Below, piece by piece: positions 29,380 to 38,166 of a stretch of 64,000 bases of DNA. The position numbers and the translations under genes were made by a program. The notes beneath the pieces are model-generated. The model had not been told where the DNA came from and made no database searches. It saw only the letters and a program-made list of their open reading frames with translations. Numbering within the stretch: position 1 is the stretch's first letter; every line of letters begins with the position of its first letter. The DNA lies in NCBI GenBank assembly GCA_034668625.1, contig JAXDOX010000036.1, positions 62,019-126,018 on the forward strand, in the 5' to 3' direction. The stretch is from Sphingomonadales bacterium. GTDB taxonomy: Bacteria > Pseudomonadota > Alphaproteobacteria > Sphingomonadales > Sphingomonadaceae.

Positions 29380-29723
29380 AATGTACAATCAGCCTCGCTC
29401 TCATCATTGCAATGCCCTGCCTGTTGTCAGGCAACACTGCGTCTCATAAATCAATAGTTCATAGTATAGGACTGATATTTCGTGGAACAGATACGAACCA
29501 CGACGGATGCTTGTCCAGAGCAGAGTGGAAAACGGCAGCAAACAAGTCGATCGCGAGACGTGAATCGCGCGGCGCTCCGGTAGGAGGGCTGCTGGAATCC
29601 TATATGGATGCGTTCGTGCAGCTGGATAAGAACGGCGACGGATGCCTCACGCGCCAAGAGTATATTCGTGCCGCCCAAAGGAACATGGACGAATGGAACA
29701 GACACTGGAATGACTTACCTTAG
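29376..29723 (+). CDS. Secreted EF-hand protein; candidate immunity protein for the RHS C-terminal toxin
   Basis: ATG overlaps the RHS stop (ATGA). Signal peptide MKCTISLALIIAMPCLLSG. Two canonical EF loops: DTNHDGCLSRAE and DKNGDGCLTRQE. Same low GC as the toxin tip. Confidence 0.6.
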   Translation: MKCTISLALIIAMPCLLSGNTASHKSIVHSIGLIFRGTDTNHDGCLSRAEWKTAANKSIARRESRGAPVGGLLESYMDAFVQLDKNGDGCLTRQEYIRAAQRNMDEWNRHWNDLP

Positions 29724-29844
29724 ATGCTTCCTGCGGCTGATGCCGAGGTCGCGGCGGGTGCGGTTTGTACAAAGATCGATTGGAACCGGCGGCGTCGACG
29801 TCAGCCACTGAGCGACGCACCGCAGGCACCGAGTGCCCCTTCCT

Positions 29845-31188
29845 TCAGCCCGGCGCCCCCGCTCCGCAGGGCAGATCGAGCACCGCGCGCAGGCCGGGCC
29901 CATTGTCCTCGAGGCGGAGCTCGCCGCCGTGGAGGTGGGCGACGGCTTCGGCGAGGGCGAGGCCGAGGCCGGCGCCGGCGGTGGTGCGCGAGGTGTCGAG
30001 GCGGCCGAAGCGGCGGCGGGCCTCGGCCTCGGCTTCGGGCGGGATGCCGGGGCCGCGATCCGCCACGCCGAGGCGCAGCCGTCCGTCGGCGGCGCTCGCG
30101 AACAGGATGATCTCGCCCCCGGCCGACGCGTAATTGAGCGCATTGTCCATGAGGTTGGTGAGGGCCTGGGCGAGGAGCTGGCGGTGGCCGAAGAAGCCGG
30201 CCGGGGCACCGCGCGAGTCGGTGCCGAGCGCGACTCCTCGGTCCTCGCCGATCGGCTCGTACATCTCGGCGAGCTCGGCGACGAGGCCGGCCGGATCGAG
30301 CGGGGCGAACTGGTTGCGGCTGGTCATCGCCTCGGAGCGGCCGATCTCCAGCACCGTGGTGAGGATGCGCATCAAGGCGTCGGCTTCGTTGATGACCCCG
30401 CCGAGCAGGGTCTCGCGCTCCTCGTCCCTGGCGCCGAGCGCCGCGTCGACCCGGGCGCGCAGCCGCCCGACCGGCGAGCGCAGATCGTGGGCGAGGGAAT
30501 CGGTCAGCATTCGAAGCTCGCCCATCAGGGTGCCGATCCGCTCCAGCATGGTGTTGATCTGCCGGGCGAGCGCGTCGAAGGCGTCGCCGCTCCCGGACAA
30601 GGGCACGCGGTGGCTGAGGTCGCCGCCGCCGGTGATCCGGTTGGCGACTCCGGCGATCTCGTCGACGCGCAGGCCGACGTAGCGGGCGATGGCGAGGCCG
30701 CAGACCAGGCCGAGCAGGATCGAGATGATCACGGCGATGACCAGAGAGCGCTCGATCGTCTTCAAAAGCGACAGCCGCTCGCCATAGCCGCGGCCGCTCA
30801 AGAGGAAGGCGCCGCGGCCGAGCGGGCGCACCTGAAACCCCGCCTCGATCGGGGCGGGGGCGCCGCGCAGGATCACCTGCCCGGTCTGGAGGCCTTCGTG
30901 GAAGTGCTTGTCGGGTGCCGGCAGCGCGGCGACGTTCCCCACCAGGCCCCGGCCGCCTGCGTCGATGATCGCGGCGAGATATTGCGGGTCGCGCACCTTC
31001 AGCGTGTCGCCGATCGCCCGGGCAAGCGCCGGGCGGCCGCCCGAATCGTAGACGTCGGAGAGGATCGAGGCTTCCTGGCCGACGGCGACCCGCAGCGCCC
31101 GGGCGTCGTCGGTGTGGGTGCGCCAGTAGATGAAGCCGATCACCGCGAGGTTCGCGGCGAAAGCGAGCAAAGCCGAAAGCAGAGCCAC
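29845..31188 (-). CDS. Sensor histidine kinase (HAMP + HisKA + HATPase_c)
   Basis: H box SLAHDLRSPV, N box LTNLMDNALNYA, G boxes DRGPGIP and GAGLGLAL. Start is uncertain: GTG 31188 is the first canonical start after the RR stop, but the conserved N-terminus (LTIRVSITLRVALL) extends upstream to a CTG at 31218 overlapping the RR stop. Confidence 0.8.
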   Translation of the reverse strand: MALLSALLAFAANLAVIGFIYWRTHTDDARALRVAVGQEASILSDVYDSGGRPALARAIGDTLKVRDPQYLAAIIDAGGRGLVGNVAALPAPDKHFHEGLQTGQVILRGAPAPIEAGFQVRPLGRGAFLLSGRGYGERLSLLKTIERSLVIAVIISILLGLVCGLAIARYVGLRVDEIAGVANRITGGGDLSHRVPLSGSGDAFDALARQINTMLERIGTLMGELRMLTDSLAHDLRSPVGRLRARVDAALGARDEERETLLGGVINEADALMRILTTVLEIGRSEAMTSRNQFAPLDPAGLVAELAEMYEPIGEDRGVALGTDSRGAPAGFFGHRQLLAQALTNLMDNALNYASAGGEIILFASAADGRLRLGVADRGPGIPPEAEAEARRRFGRLDTSRTTAGAGLGLALAEAVAHLHGGELRLEDNGPGLRAVLDLPCGAGAPG

Positions 31189-31214
31189 TCTCAGCGTTAT
31201 GGAAACGCGGATAG

Positions 31215-31907
31215 TCAGGCGGAGGCTCCGAGCCGGTATCCGGCGCCCCTCACGGTGTGGAGGATCGGCTGGTCGAACCCCTCCTCCAGCTTGCGCCGCA
31301 ACCGGCTGACATGGACGTCGATGACGTTGGTGCCGGGATCGAAATGATAGTCCCACACCTGCTCGAGCAGCATTGTGCGGGTGACGACGCGGCCGGCATT
31401 GCGGGCGAGATATTCGAGCAGCCGATATTCGCGCGGCTTGAGGTCGATCCTGCGCCCGCCGCGCTTCACCGTGCGGGCGAGCGGGTCGATCTCGAGGTCG
31501 CCCACGGAGAGCCGGAGGTCCGCGGCGCCGCCGGCCCGCCCGTCGCCGCGCCGCAGCAAGGCGTTTGCGCGGGCGAGTAGCTCGCCGAAGGCGAAAGGCT
31601 TGACGAGATAATCGTCCGACCCGGCTTCGAGCCCCTCGATCCGGTCGCTGACCGAGGCCAAAGCGGAGAGGATCAGAACCGGGGTCGACACGCCCGCCGC
31701 GCGCAGTCCCTTCAGGACGCCGATCCCTTCGAGCCCGGGCACCATTCGGTCGAGGATGATGAGGTCGAAGCTGCCGTCGGTGGCGCGGAACAGGCCGTCG
31801 CGCCCGTCGGCGACATGCTCGACATTATGCCCCTCCTCGCCGAGGCCGCGCATCAGATAGGTCGCGGTCTCCTGGTCGTCCTCCACGAGAAGGATCTTAC
31901 GGCCCAT
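31215..31907 (-). CDS. OmpR-family response regulator
   Basis: MGRKILLVEDD...DLIILDRMVPG... receiver domain plus a winged-helix output domain (..LKPREYRLLEYL...TVRGAGYRL). An alternative ATG lies at 31940. Confidence 0.9.
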   Translation of the reverse strand: MGRKILLVEDDQETATYLMRGLGEEGHNVEHVADGRDGLFRATDGSFDLIILDRMVPGLEGIGVLKGLRAAGVSTPVLILSALASVSDRIEGLEAGSDDYLVKPFAFGELLARANALLRRGDGRAGGAADLRLSVGDLEIDPLARTVKRGGRRIDLKPREYRLLEYLARNAGRVVTRTMLLEQVWDYHFDPGTNVIDVHVSRLRRKLEEGFDQPILHTVRGAGYRLGASA

Positions 31908-32158
31908 CTGAACAGCTCCGATATCGACTGCGCTCGCCATGGGCCTTCTGCCAAAAAAAGTGCCGCCCGGCGACAGGGGATCGCCGGGCGGCGCGCACGA
32001 GGGAGTTTCTGCGGCATCGCGCGCCAGCGGGATTTCTGGCGGCGCGAGACCTGGGTTCGTGCGCTTCTCGGTTCGGGCCGGGTCTAGGGCGCGGCCGTTC
32101 ACGGCGGCGTGGAAGGCGGATTAAAGCTTTGTCATGAATCCGCGGGGGCACGCGGGCC

Positions 32159-32725
32159 TCAATCCATGTGGCGAAGGCCGGTGCGCAGATAATCCCAGCC
32201 GGTGATCCCGGTCAGCGCCGCCGCCGCCCACAGGCAGGAGAGGCCGACGAGCTGCACCCAGGGCCATTGCGGCAGCGCGCCGGCGAGGATCAAGGCGCCG
32301 AGCGCGACGAACTGGAGCGTCGTCTTCCACTTGGCCAAGTGGCTGACCGGCAGCGACACCTGTAGGCTGGCGAGGAATTCCCTGAGGCCCGACACCGCGA
32401 TCTCGCGAATGAGGATGACGAGGGCGGGGATGATATTGATGCCGTCGATGATCGGCTCGCCGCTCTCGGCGCGGCTCGAGACCAGCATGACGATCACCGC
32501 CGCGACCATGATCTTGTCGGCGATCGGATCGAGGAAGATGCCGAGCTTGGAGACGGTGCCGCGGGCGCGGGCGACATAGCCGTCGAAATAATCGGTGATG
32601 CCGACCAGCGCGTAGAGGCCGAACGTCACCGCATAGTCGAACCAGCCCGGGCGCCAGAGCAGGAAGACGAGCAGCGGCACCGCGACGATCCGCGACAAAG
32701 TGAGGAGGTTCGGCAAGGTCAGCAT
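32159..32725 (-). CDS. pgsA: CDP-diacylglycerol--glycerol-3-phosphate 3-phosphatidyltransferase
   Basis: LPNLLTLSRI and the CDP-alcohol phosphatidyltransferase motif DYFDGYVAR....SKLGIFLDPIADK. Confidence 0.9.
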   Translation of the reverse strand: MLTLPNLLTLSRIVAVPLLVFLLWRPGWFDYAVTFGLYALVGITDYFDGYVARARGTVSKLGIFLDPIADKIMVAAVIVMLVSSRAESGEPIIDGINIIPALVILIREIAVSGLREFLASLQVSLPVSHLAKWKTTLQFVALGALILAGALPQWPWVQLVGLSCLWAAAALTGITGWDYLRTGLRHMD

Positions 32726-32858
32726 GGCAGCGGCGACCCCTTAGCCCCATGGCGCGTCCCTGTGAAAGAGCGGATCGGCGTTTGACGGCAGCGCGTTAGC
32801 GGCTATGACCCGCGCTCCGATGCCGTCCGACCGCCAGCCACCGAGATTCTGAAGCGCC

Positions 32859-34157
32859 GTGCAGGATTCGATGCACCTGATGCGCAAGCGGCGATTCCTG
32901 CCGCTTTTCGTCACCCAATTCCTCAGCGCCTTCAACGACAATTTGTTTCGCACCGCAATGGTGCTGCTCGTCATCTACGGCATCTACGGCGACGAGACCC
33001 AGGAGGCGACGTTCAGCGCCGTCGCCGGAGCTCTGTTCATCGCCCCATTCTTCCTCCTCTCGGCCCTGTCCGGCCAGCTCGCCGACGCGATGGACAAGGC
33101 GCGGATCGTGCGCTGGGTGAAGACGGCCGAGATCTTCATCATGTGCGCGGGGGCGGCCGGCCTCCTCCTCCAAAACGTGCCGCTGCTGCTCGTCGCGCTG
33201 ACCGCGATGGGGGTCCATTCGACCTTCCTCGGCCCGATCAAATACGCGATCCTGCCGCAGCATTTGCAGGCGGACGAGGTGCTCGGCGGCACCGGGCTGG
33301 TCGAAGCCGGGACCTATATAGGCATATTGGGCGGGACGATCCTGGGCGGTCTGCTCGTCCTCAAGGGTCCCGACGGCGCCTACCATGCCGGCTGGGCGGC
33401 GCTGGCGGTGCTGCTCGTGGCGCTGATCGGCCGGGTCGCCGGACAGCTTGTCCCGCCCGCACCGCCGGCGCCCGACGCGCCGGTGGCGGAGATGGACTGG
33501 CACATCGTCCGCTCCTCGATCGCCTTGGTCAACGGGACGATGCACATCCCCCGCCTGTTCCTCGCCATCGCCTCGATCAGCTTCTTCTGGGCGATGGGCG
33601 CGATCCTCGCCGCCCAATTCCCGCCTTTGGTCAAGAACGTGCTCGGCGCCAACCAGGGCGTCGCCACCCTGTTCCTCGCCATCTTCTCGGTCGGGGTGGC
33701 GACCGGATCGGTGCTGATCAACCGGCTGCTCAAGGGCCGCGTGCTGGCCAAATACGCGCCCGCCGCGGCGATCGCGATGGGCCTGTTCGTCGTCCACCTC
33801 TACTGGAACGTGCGCAACTGGCCGGAGCCCGGCGACGATCTTATCAACCTCCACAATTTCATCGTGACCCCCCGGGCCGCATGGGTGATGATCGACCTGT
33901 TCGGAGTGGCGCTGTCGGGCGGCATGTTCGTGGTCCCGCTCTACGCCTTCCTCACCACCACCGTCCCCAAATCCGAGACGGCCCGCACCGTCGCGGCCAA
34001 CAACATCGTCAATTCGGGGGCGATGGTGCTCTCGGCGATCATCCTCACCGGCCTCGTCCAGCTCGGCGTCTCGGTGGCGGAGAGCCTGCTGATCGTCTCG
34101 GTCGCGAGCCTCGGCGCCGCCTGGCTCGGCTACAAGCTCCACTGCGCCTGCGACTGA
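32859..34157 (+). CDS. MFS transporter, lysophospholipid transporter (LplT)-like
   Basis: RRFLPLFVTQFLSAFNDNLFRTA...LSGQLADAMDKARI... This is a 12-TM MFS pattern resembling LplT or the transporter half of Aas fusions. Confidence 0.75.
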   Translation: MQDSMHLMRKRRFLPLFVTQFLSAFNDNLFRTAMVLLVIYGIYGDETQEATFSAVAGALFIAPFFLLSALSGQLADAMDKARIVRWVKTAEIFIMCAGAAGLLLQNVPLLLVALTAMGVHSTFLGPIKYAILPQHLQADEVLGGTGLVEAGTYIGILGGTILGGLLVLKGPDGAYHAGWAALAVLLVALIGRVAGQLVPPAPPAPDAPVAEMDWHIVRSSIALVNGTMHIPRLFLAIASISFFWAMGAILAAQFPPLVKNVLGANQGVATLFLAIFSVGVATGSVLINRLLKGRVLAKYAPAAAIAMGLFVVHLYWNVRNWPEPGDDLINLHNFIVTPRAAWVMIDLFGVALSGGMFVVPLYAFLTTTVPKSETARTVAANNIVNSGAMVLSAIILTGLVQLGVSVAESLLIVSVASLGAAWLGYKLHCACD

Positions 34158-34583
34158 CCAGGTGAAGCCGGCGCGATCGCCGGCCCAAGCTTCCAGAGCG
34201 ACTCGGCCGGACTGTGTGTGGCCCCGATTTGCTTCCATTACGTCGCCGTAATCGCTTGCATTGAAGCAGAGCTGCTAATCGGTACCAACCAGGCGGCCAT
34301 CTTATCGGCATGAGCCAAGCTTCTTCTGCTTTAGTTCAAACAGAACAAGAGTCTAGCCAAGATAATATAACAGCCGCTCTACTAAGGCTTTACAACAGTT
34401 GGTTCTTGGCGCAAGATTACCTCGGGCATGGACTCGCCGAAATGGCGCGGCAGATATAGCCATAATGAGTTGAATCTAGGAAGCAGACTGGGCGTTATTC
34501 ACCTAAGCTCGCTTTTCTCGAAGCAGAATGGAAGCCGACCCGCGCGCCGCACTGTCCTTACCCAAGTGGACCACGTAGCCGGC

Positions 34584-35201
34584 ATGGAGGACGCGATGGA
34601 CATTTTCGGGCGCAAGGCATGGATCTTTCTCGCGGGCGCGGGCGGGGCGGCGCTGCTCTTCTCCAGCGCCAGCGGACCGGAAGGCGGTTCGGCCTCGGCT
34701 CAGACCAGCGTGAGGTTCTGTACTTCCGCCCTTTCGGCGACTGGGCACGGCAAGCTGCAGGGGGTGGCAGCTGATCTTGCCAAGGCGAACTGGAACAATC
34801 ATCGGCCTTCCGGAACCTACTTGTTCCACAAATCCGATAATCAGGACGTGACCTGTCACCACGACGGGCGCCCCGCGATGTTACGCCAATGGACCTGCAT
34901 TGCGACCGCCGAGCCCTGTTCGGGTGACGACACCGTCACGAACACTGGGGGCACGGGGACAAGCCCGCCGCTCTGCCAGAGTCGCTTCTCGGCCACAGGC
35001 GACGACGCGAAGTTACAGACCTGGGCCGAGAATCGTGCCGTCGCCGCCTGGCAGTCCGTTGCGCTCAGCGCCTACGGAGGCAATTATCAGGCCTGGGGCA
35101 ATGCCCAAGGCCGGGACACCACCTGCCATAACAACGGGCTGGGCCCCCTCCAAAGGCGCTGGACCTGCGTTGCGACCGCGACCCCCTGTCGGACGCCGTA
35201 A
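34584..35201 (+). CDS. Secreted cysteine-rich protein with two internal repeats
   Basis: Signal-like AWIFLAGAGGAALLFSSA. Two ~75-aa repeats: C.S..SATG...LQ....A...W....TCH..G.....WTC.ATA.PC. Preceded by an AT-rich patch. Start is ATG 34584 or 34596. Confidence 0.5.
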   Translation: MEDAMDIFGRKAWIFLAGAGGAALLFSSASGPEGGSASAQTSVRFCTSALSATGHGKLQGVAADLAKANWNNHRPSGTYLFHKSDNQDVTCHHDGRPAMLRQWTCIATAEPCSGDDTVTNTGGTGTSPPLCQSRFSATGDDAKLQTWAENRAVAAWQSVALSAYGGNYQAWGNAQGRDTTCHNNGLGPLQRRWTCVATATPCRTP

Positions 35202-35340
35202 GTTGATTGGACCTCCAGCACCTTCGTCCTGATCGCGAGGCGGAGCGATGATTTCGACGGGGTGAACGGGGCGGCGTGCCCGTCCCACACCACGCGGCTG
35301 ATCGCAACCAGGAGCGGAAGTCCCCGCCGGGGTCGAGTTG

Positions 35341-35508
35341 TCAGGCGAACAAGGTGGCGAAGAAGACGAGGCCGCCGGCGAAGGCGGCCGCGAACAGACA
35401 CAGCTCGTCCCAACCCTCAAGCTTCGGCTGGGACGGATCCACCGCCCAGGCGCGCGCTGTCGCGGAGCGGGCGGGGGCGCGGGCGACGAGGGGGGCGAGG
35501 CGGTTCAT
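35341..35508 (-). CDS. Possible small membrane protein (55 aa), below the ORF-track length cutoff
   Basis: Hand translation gives MNRLAPLVARAPARSATARAWAVDPSQPKLEGWDELCLFAAAFAGGLVFFATLFA*. Third codon positions are very G/C-rich, which is consistent with coding. No clear SD. Confidence 0.3.
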   Translation of the reverse strand: MNRLAPLVARAPARSATARAWAVDPSQPKLEGWDELCLFAAAFAGGLVFFATLFA

Positions 35509-35714
35509 GGCGGCCGGTTAACGCCGTCTTTACCCTTCCCTTCAAGCCCCGCGCCGAGCCTTTCGCGCCGCTGTCCCGGCCCGGCACAGGGGCAGGATTA
35601 AATCTGCGCAATGTTAACGCAGGTTAGTCGGTTTTTCCGTGTGGCCTCAGCACCTTGATGGAACCGTGATGGCGCCGTAACGTTGCGCCGGAAACACAGG
35701 GGAGCAAGGTCGCG

Positions 35715-37526
35715 ATGCCGAGCGCGCGTGGCGTGAGATTGAATGCGCTCCTTGCCGCAACCCTCTTCCTCCCGCTCGCTTCCCCGCTCGCCGCGCAGCA
35801 TAACGGCGCCCGCCCGGCCGCCGCCGCCTCGCCGGCCGAGGACGGGCAATGGACGATGCCGTCCAAGAATTATGCGAGCACGCGCTACAGCGGTTTGAAC
35901 GAGGTCAACCGCGCCAATGTCGGCCGCCTGAAGCTCGCCTTCACCTTCGACACCCACAACCGCAAGGGCCAGGAAGCCGCGCCTTTGGTCGTCGGCTCGA
36001 TGATGTACATCACGACGCCCTACCCCAACCACATCTGGGCGCTCGACCTCGCCCGCGGCGGCAGGCCGGTCTGGGTGTTCCGTCCCCACCCGCAGCCCGC
36101 CGCGCAGGGCGTCGCCTGCTGCGACGTCGTCAACCGCGGCGCGATCTATGCGAACGGCCGCATCTTCTTCACCACATTGGACGGCGAAGTGTTCGCGATC
36201 GACGCCAGGAGCGGCCACCAGGTCTGGCGCACCAAGCTCGGCGACATCTCGAAGGGCGAGACGATCACCATGTCGCCGCTGGCCGCGGAAGGGAAGGTGC
36301 TGGTCGGCAATTCGGGCGGCGAGATGGGCGTGCGCGGCTGGCTGACCGCGCTCGACGCCGGCTCCGGCCGCATCGCCTGGAAGGCCTGGTCGACCGGGCC
36401 GGACAAGGACGTGCTGATCGGCCCCGCTTTCCACCCTTATTACGCCTCGGATCGAGGCAAGGACCTCGGCGTCCACACCTGGAACGCCGAGCAGTGGAAG
36501 ATCGGCGGCGGCACCACCTGGGGCTGGATCAGCTACGACCCGCAATTGAAGCTGATCTATTACGGCACCGGCAATCCGGGCCCCTGGAACGCCGCGCAGC
36601 GGCCCGGCGACAACAAGTGGACGACCGGAGTTTTCGCCCGCGACATCGCCACCGGCCAGGCACGCTGGTACTACCAGTCGAGCCCGCACGATCTGTTCGA
36701 CCATGACGACATCAACGAGCAGGTGCTGCTCGACCTGCCGATCAACGGCCGGATGACCCCGGTCCTCGTCCGGCCGGCGCGCAACGGCTACATGTACGTG
36801 ATCGACCGGCGCACCGGGCAGGTCTATTCGGCCGACCCCTACGGCTTCATCAACGCGATGAGCGGCGTCGACCTCAGGACCGGCCGCCTCCAGATGGTGA
36901 AGGACAAGGAGCCAAGGCCCGGCCGGGTCACCCGCAACATCTGCCCGACCGCGTCCGGAGCCAAGGACTGGAACCCCTCCTCGTTCAGCCCGCGCACCGG
37001 CCTTCTCTACGTGCCCCACGAGAATCTGTGCATGGACGAAGGGGTGATGGAGGCGAATTATATCGCCGGGACGCCCTATGTCGGCGCGGACGTCAAGATG
37101 TATGCCGGGCCGGGCGGCAATCGCGGCGTCTTCACCGCCTGGGATCCGGTGCGGCGCAAGGCGATGTGGGAGATCAAGGAAGATCTGCCGCTCTGGTCCG
37201 GAGCGCTTTCGACCGGCGGCGACGTCGTTTTCTACGGAACCATGGACGGCCTGTTCAAGGCGGTCAGCGCCCTCGACGGCAAGCTGCTCTGGCAGGTCAA
37301 GCTCGACAGCGGCATCATCAGCCAGCCGGTCACCTATCGCGGGCCCGACGGGCACCAATATGTCGCGGTGCTGAGCGGGGTCGGCGGCTGGTCGGGCGCG
37401 ATCGTCTCCGCCCAGCTCGACGGCCGCGACCCCACCGCCGCTTTGGGCTTCGCCAACGCCGTCCGCGACCTGCCCCGCCGCACCCAGCCGGGAGGGAAGC
37501 TCTATGTCTTCGCCCTCCCGCATTAG
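35715..37526 (+). CDS. PQQ-dependent methanol/ethanol-family dehydrogenase, predicted lanthanide type (XoxF/ExaF/PedH-like)
   Basis: Signal peptide, vicinal disulfide VACCDVVNRG, W-rich propeller motifs, and PHDLFDHDDINEQ with the D-x-D arrangement. Confidence 0.9.
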   Translation: MPSARGVRLNALLAATLFLPLASPLAAQHNGARPAAAASPAEDGQWTMPSKNYASTRYSGLNEVNRANVGRLKLAFTFDTHNRKGQEAAPLVVGSMMYITTPYPNHIWALDLARGGRPVWVFRPHPQPAAQGVACCDVVNRGAIYANGRIFFTTLDGEVFAIDARSGHQVWRTKLGDISKGETITMSPLAAEGKVLVGNSGGEMGVRGWLTALDAGSGRIAWKAWSTGPDKDVLIGPAFHPYYASDRGKDLGVHTWNAEQWKIGGGTTWGWISYDPQLKLIYYGTGNPGPWNAAQRPGDNKWTTGVFARDIATGQARWYYQSSPHDLFDHDDINEQVLLDLPINGRMTPVLVRPARNGYMYVIDRRTGQVYSADPYGFINAMSGVDLRTGRLQMVKDKEPRPGRVTRNICPTASGAKDWNPSSFSPRTGLLYVPHENLCMDEGVMEANYIAGTPYVGADVKMYAGPGGNRGVFTAWDPVRRKAMWEIKEDLPLWSGALSTGGDVVFYGTMDGLFKAVSALDGKLLWQVKLDSGIISQPVTYRGPDGHQYVAVLSGVGGWSGAIVSAQLDGRDPTAALGFANAVRDLPRRTQPGGKLYVFALPH

Positions 37527-37530
37527 GAAT

Positions 37531-37655
37531 CTCCCCTCCCTGCGCGCAGGGAGGGGGTGGGGGTGGGTGCCGCCGGAGGCGGCCGAAACTCCGCTTCCGA
37601 CAGCTCGCTCCGCTCGCTACCCACCCCTAACCCCACCCGTGCAGGGAGGGGGATT
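37531..37655. repeat. G-rich nested palindromic (REP-like) element
   Basis: Hairpin cccctccctg-cgcg-cagggagggg (37533..37556). Imperfect long inverted repeat gggggtgggggtgggt / acccacccctaaccccaccc. Second copy of gcagggaggggg at 37641. Confidence 0.5.
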
Positions 37656-38166
37656 CCGCGCCCGCGCCCACGCTTTGCTCCTCGCCCTGGCCGCCTGCGA
37701 CCGGGAGCAGCGGGATCTGAACGGGCAGCCGAAGTCCGAGACCAAGTCCTTCCTCGCCTCCGGGGATCCGCGGGCGAAGGAATATGAGAATAACGCCTTC
37801 GCCATCGCCCAGGGCCAAAGGCTCTACATGCAGCTCAACTGCGTCGGCTGCCATTTCCACGGCGGCGGCGGCATGGGGCCCCCGCTGATGGACGACCAAT
37901 GGCTCTATGGCGGCCGGATGGAGGACATCGTCGCCACCATCCTCTACGGCCGGCCCAACGGCATGCCGGACTGGCGCAACAAGATCACCGAGCAGCAGGC
38001 GTGGCAGCTCGCCGCCTATGTCCGCTCTTTGTCGATGCAGCCGCGCGAGGACGCCCTCTCCTCCCGCGCCGACTCGATGAGCACCACCGAGCCCCAGACC
38101 CTCGACGAGCGGCGGGCGGTCAAGCCGGAGGACATGTCGCCGCCGCCGTCGGAGGAGCGCAACTGA
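37639..38166 (+). CDS. c-type cytochrome (lipoprotein-like signal)
   Basis: GTG 37639 gives (M)QGGGFRARAHALLLALAAC (lipobox LAAC). Haem site CVGCH. The longer ATG 37504 start would translate the REP element. Stop overlaps the coxB start (TGATG). Confidence 0.7.
   Translation: MQGGGFRARAHALLLALAACDREQRDLNGQPKSETKSFLASGDPRAKEYENNAFAIAQGQRLYMQLNCVGCHFHGGGGMGPPLMDDQWLYGGRMEDIVATILYGRPNGMPDWRNKITEQQAWQLAAYVRSLSMQPREDALSSRADSMSTTEPQTLDERRAVKPEDMSPPPSEERN

Noticed and set aside
35598-37523. 641-aa minus-strand ORF
   Set aside because: It is the antisense shadow of the PQQ dehydrogenase gene.
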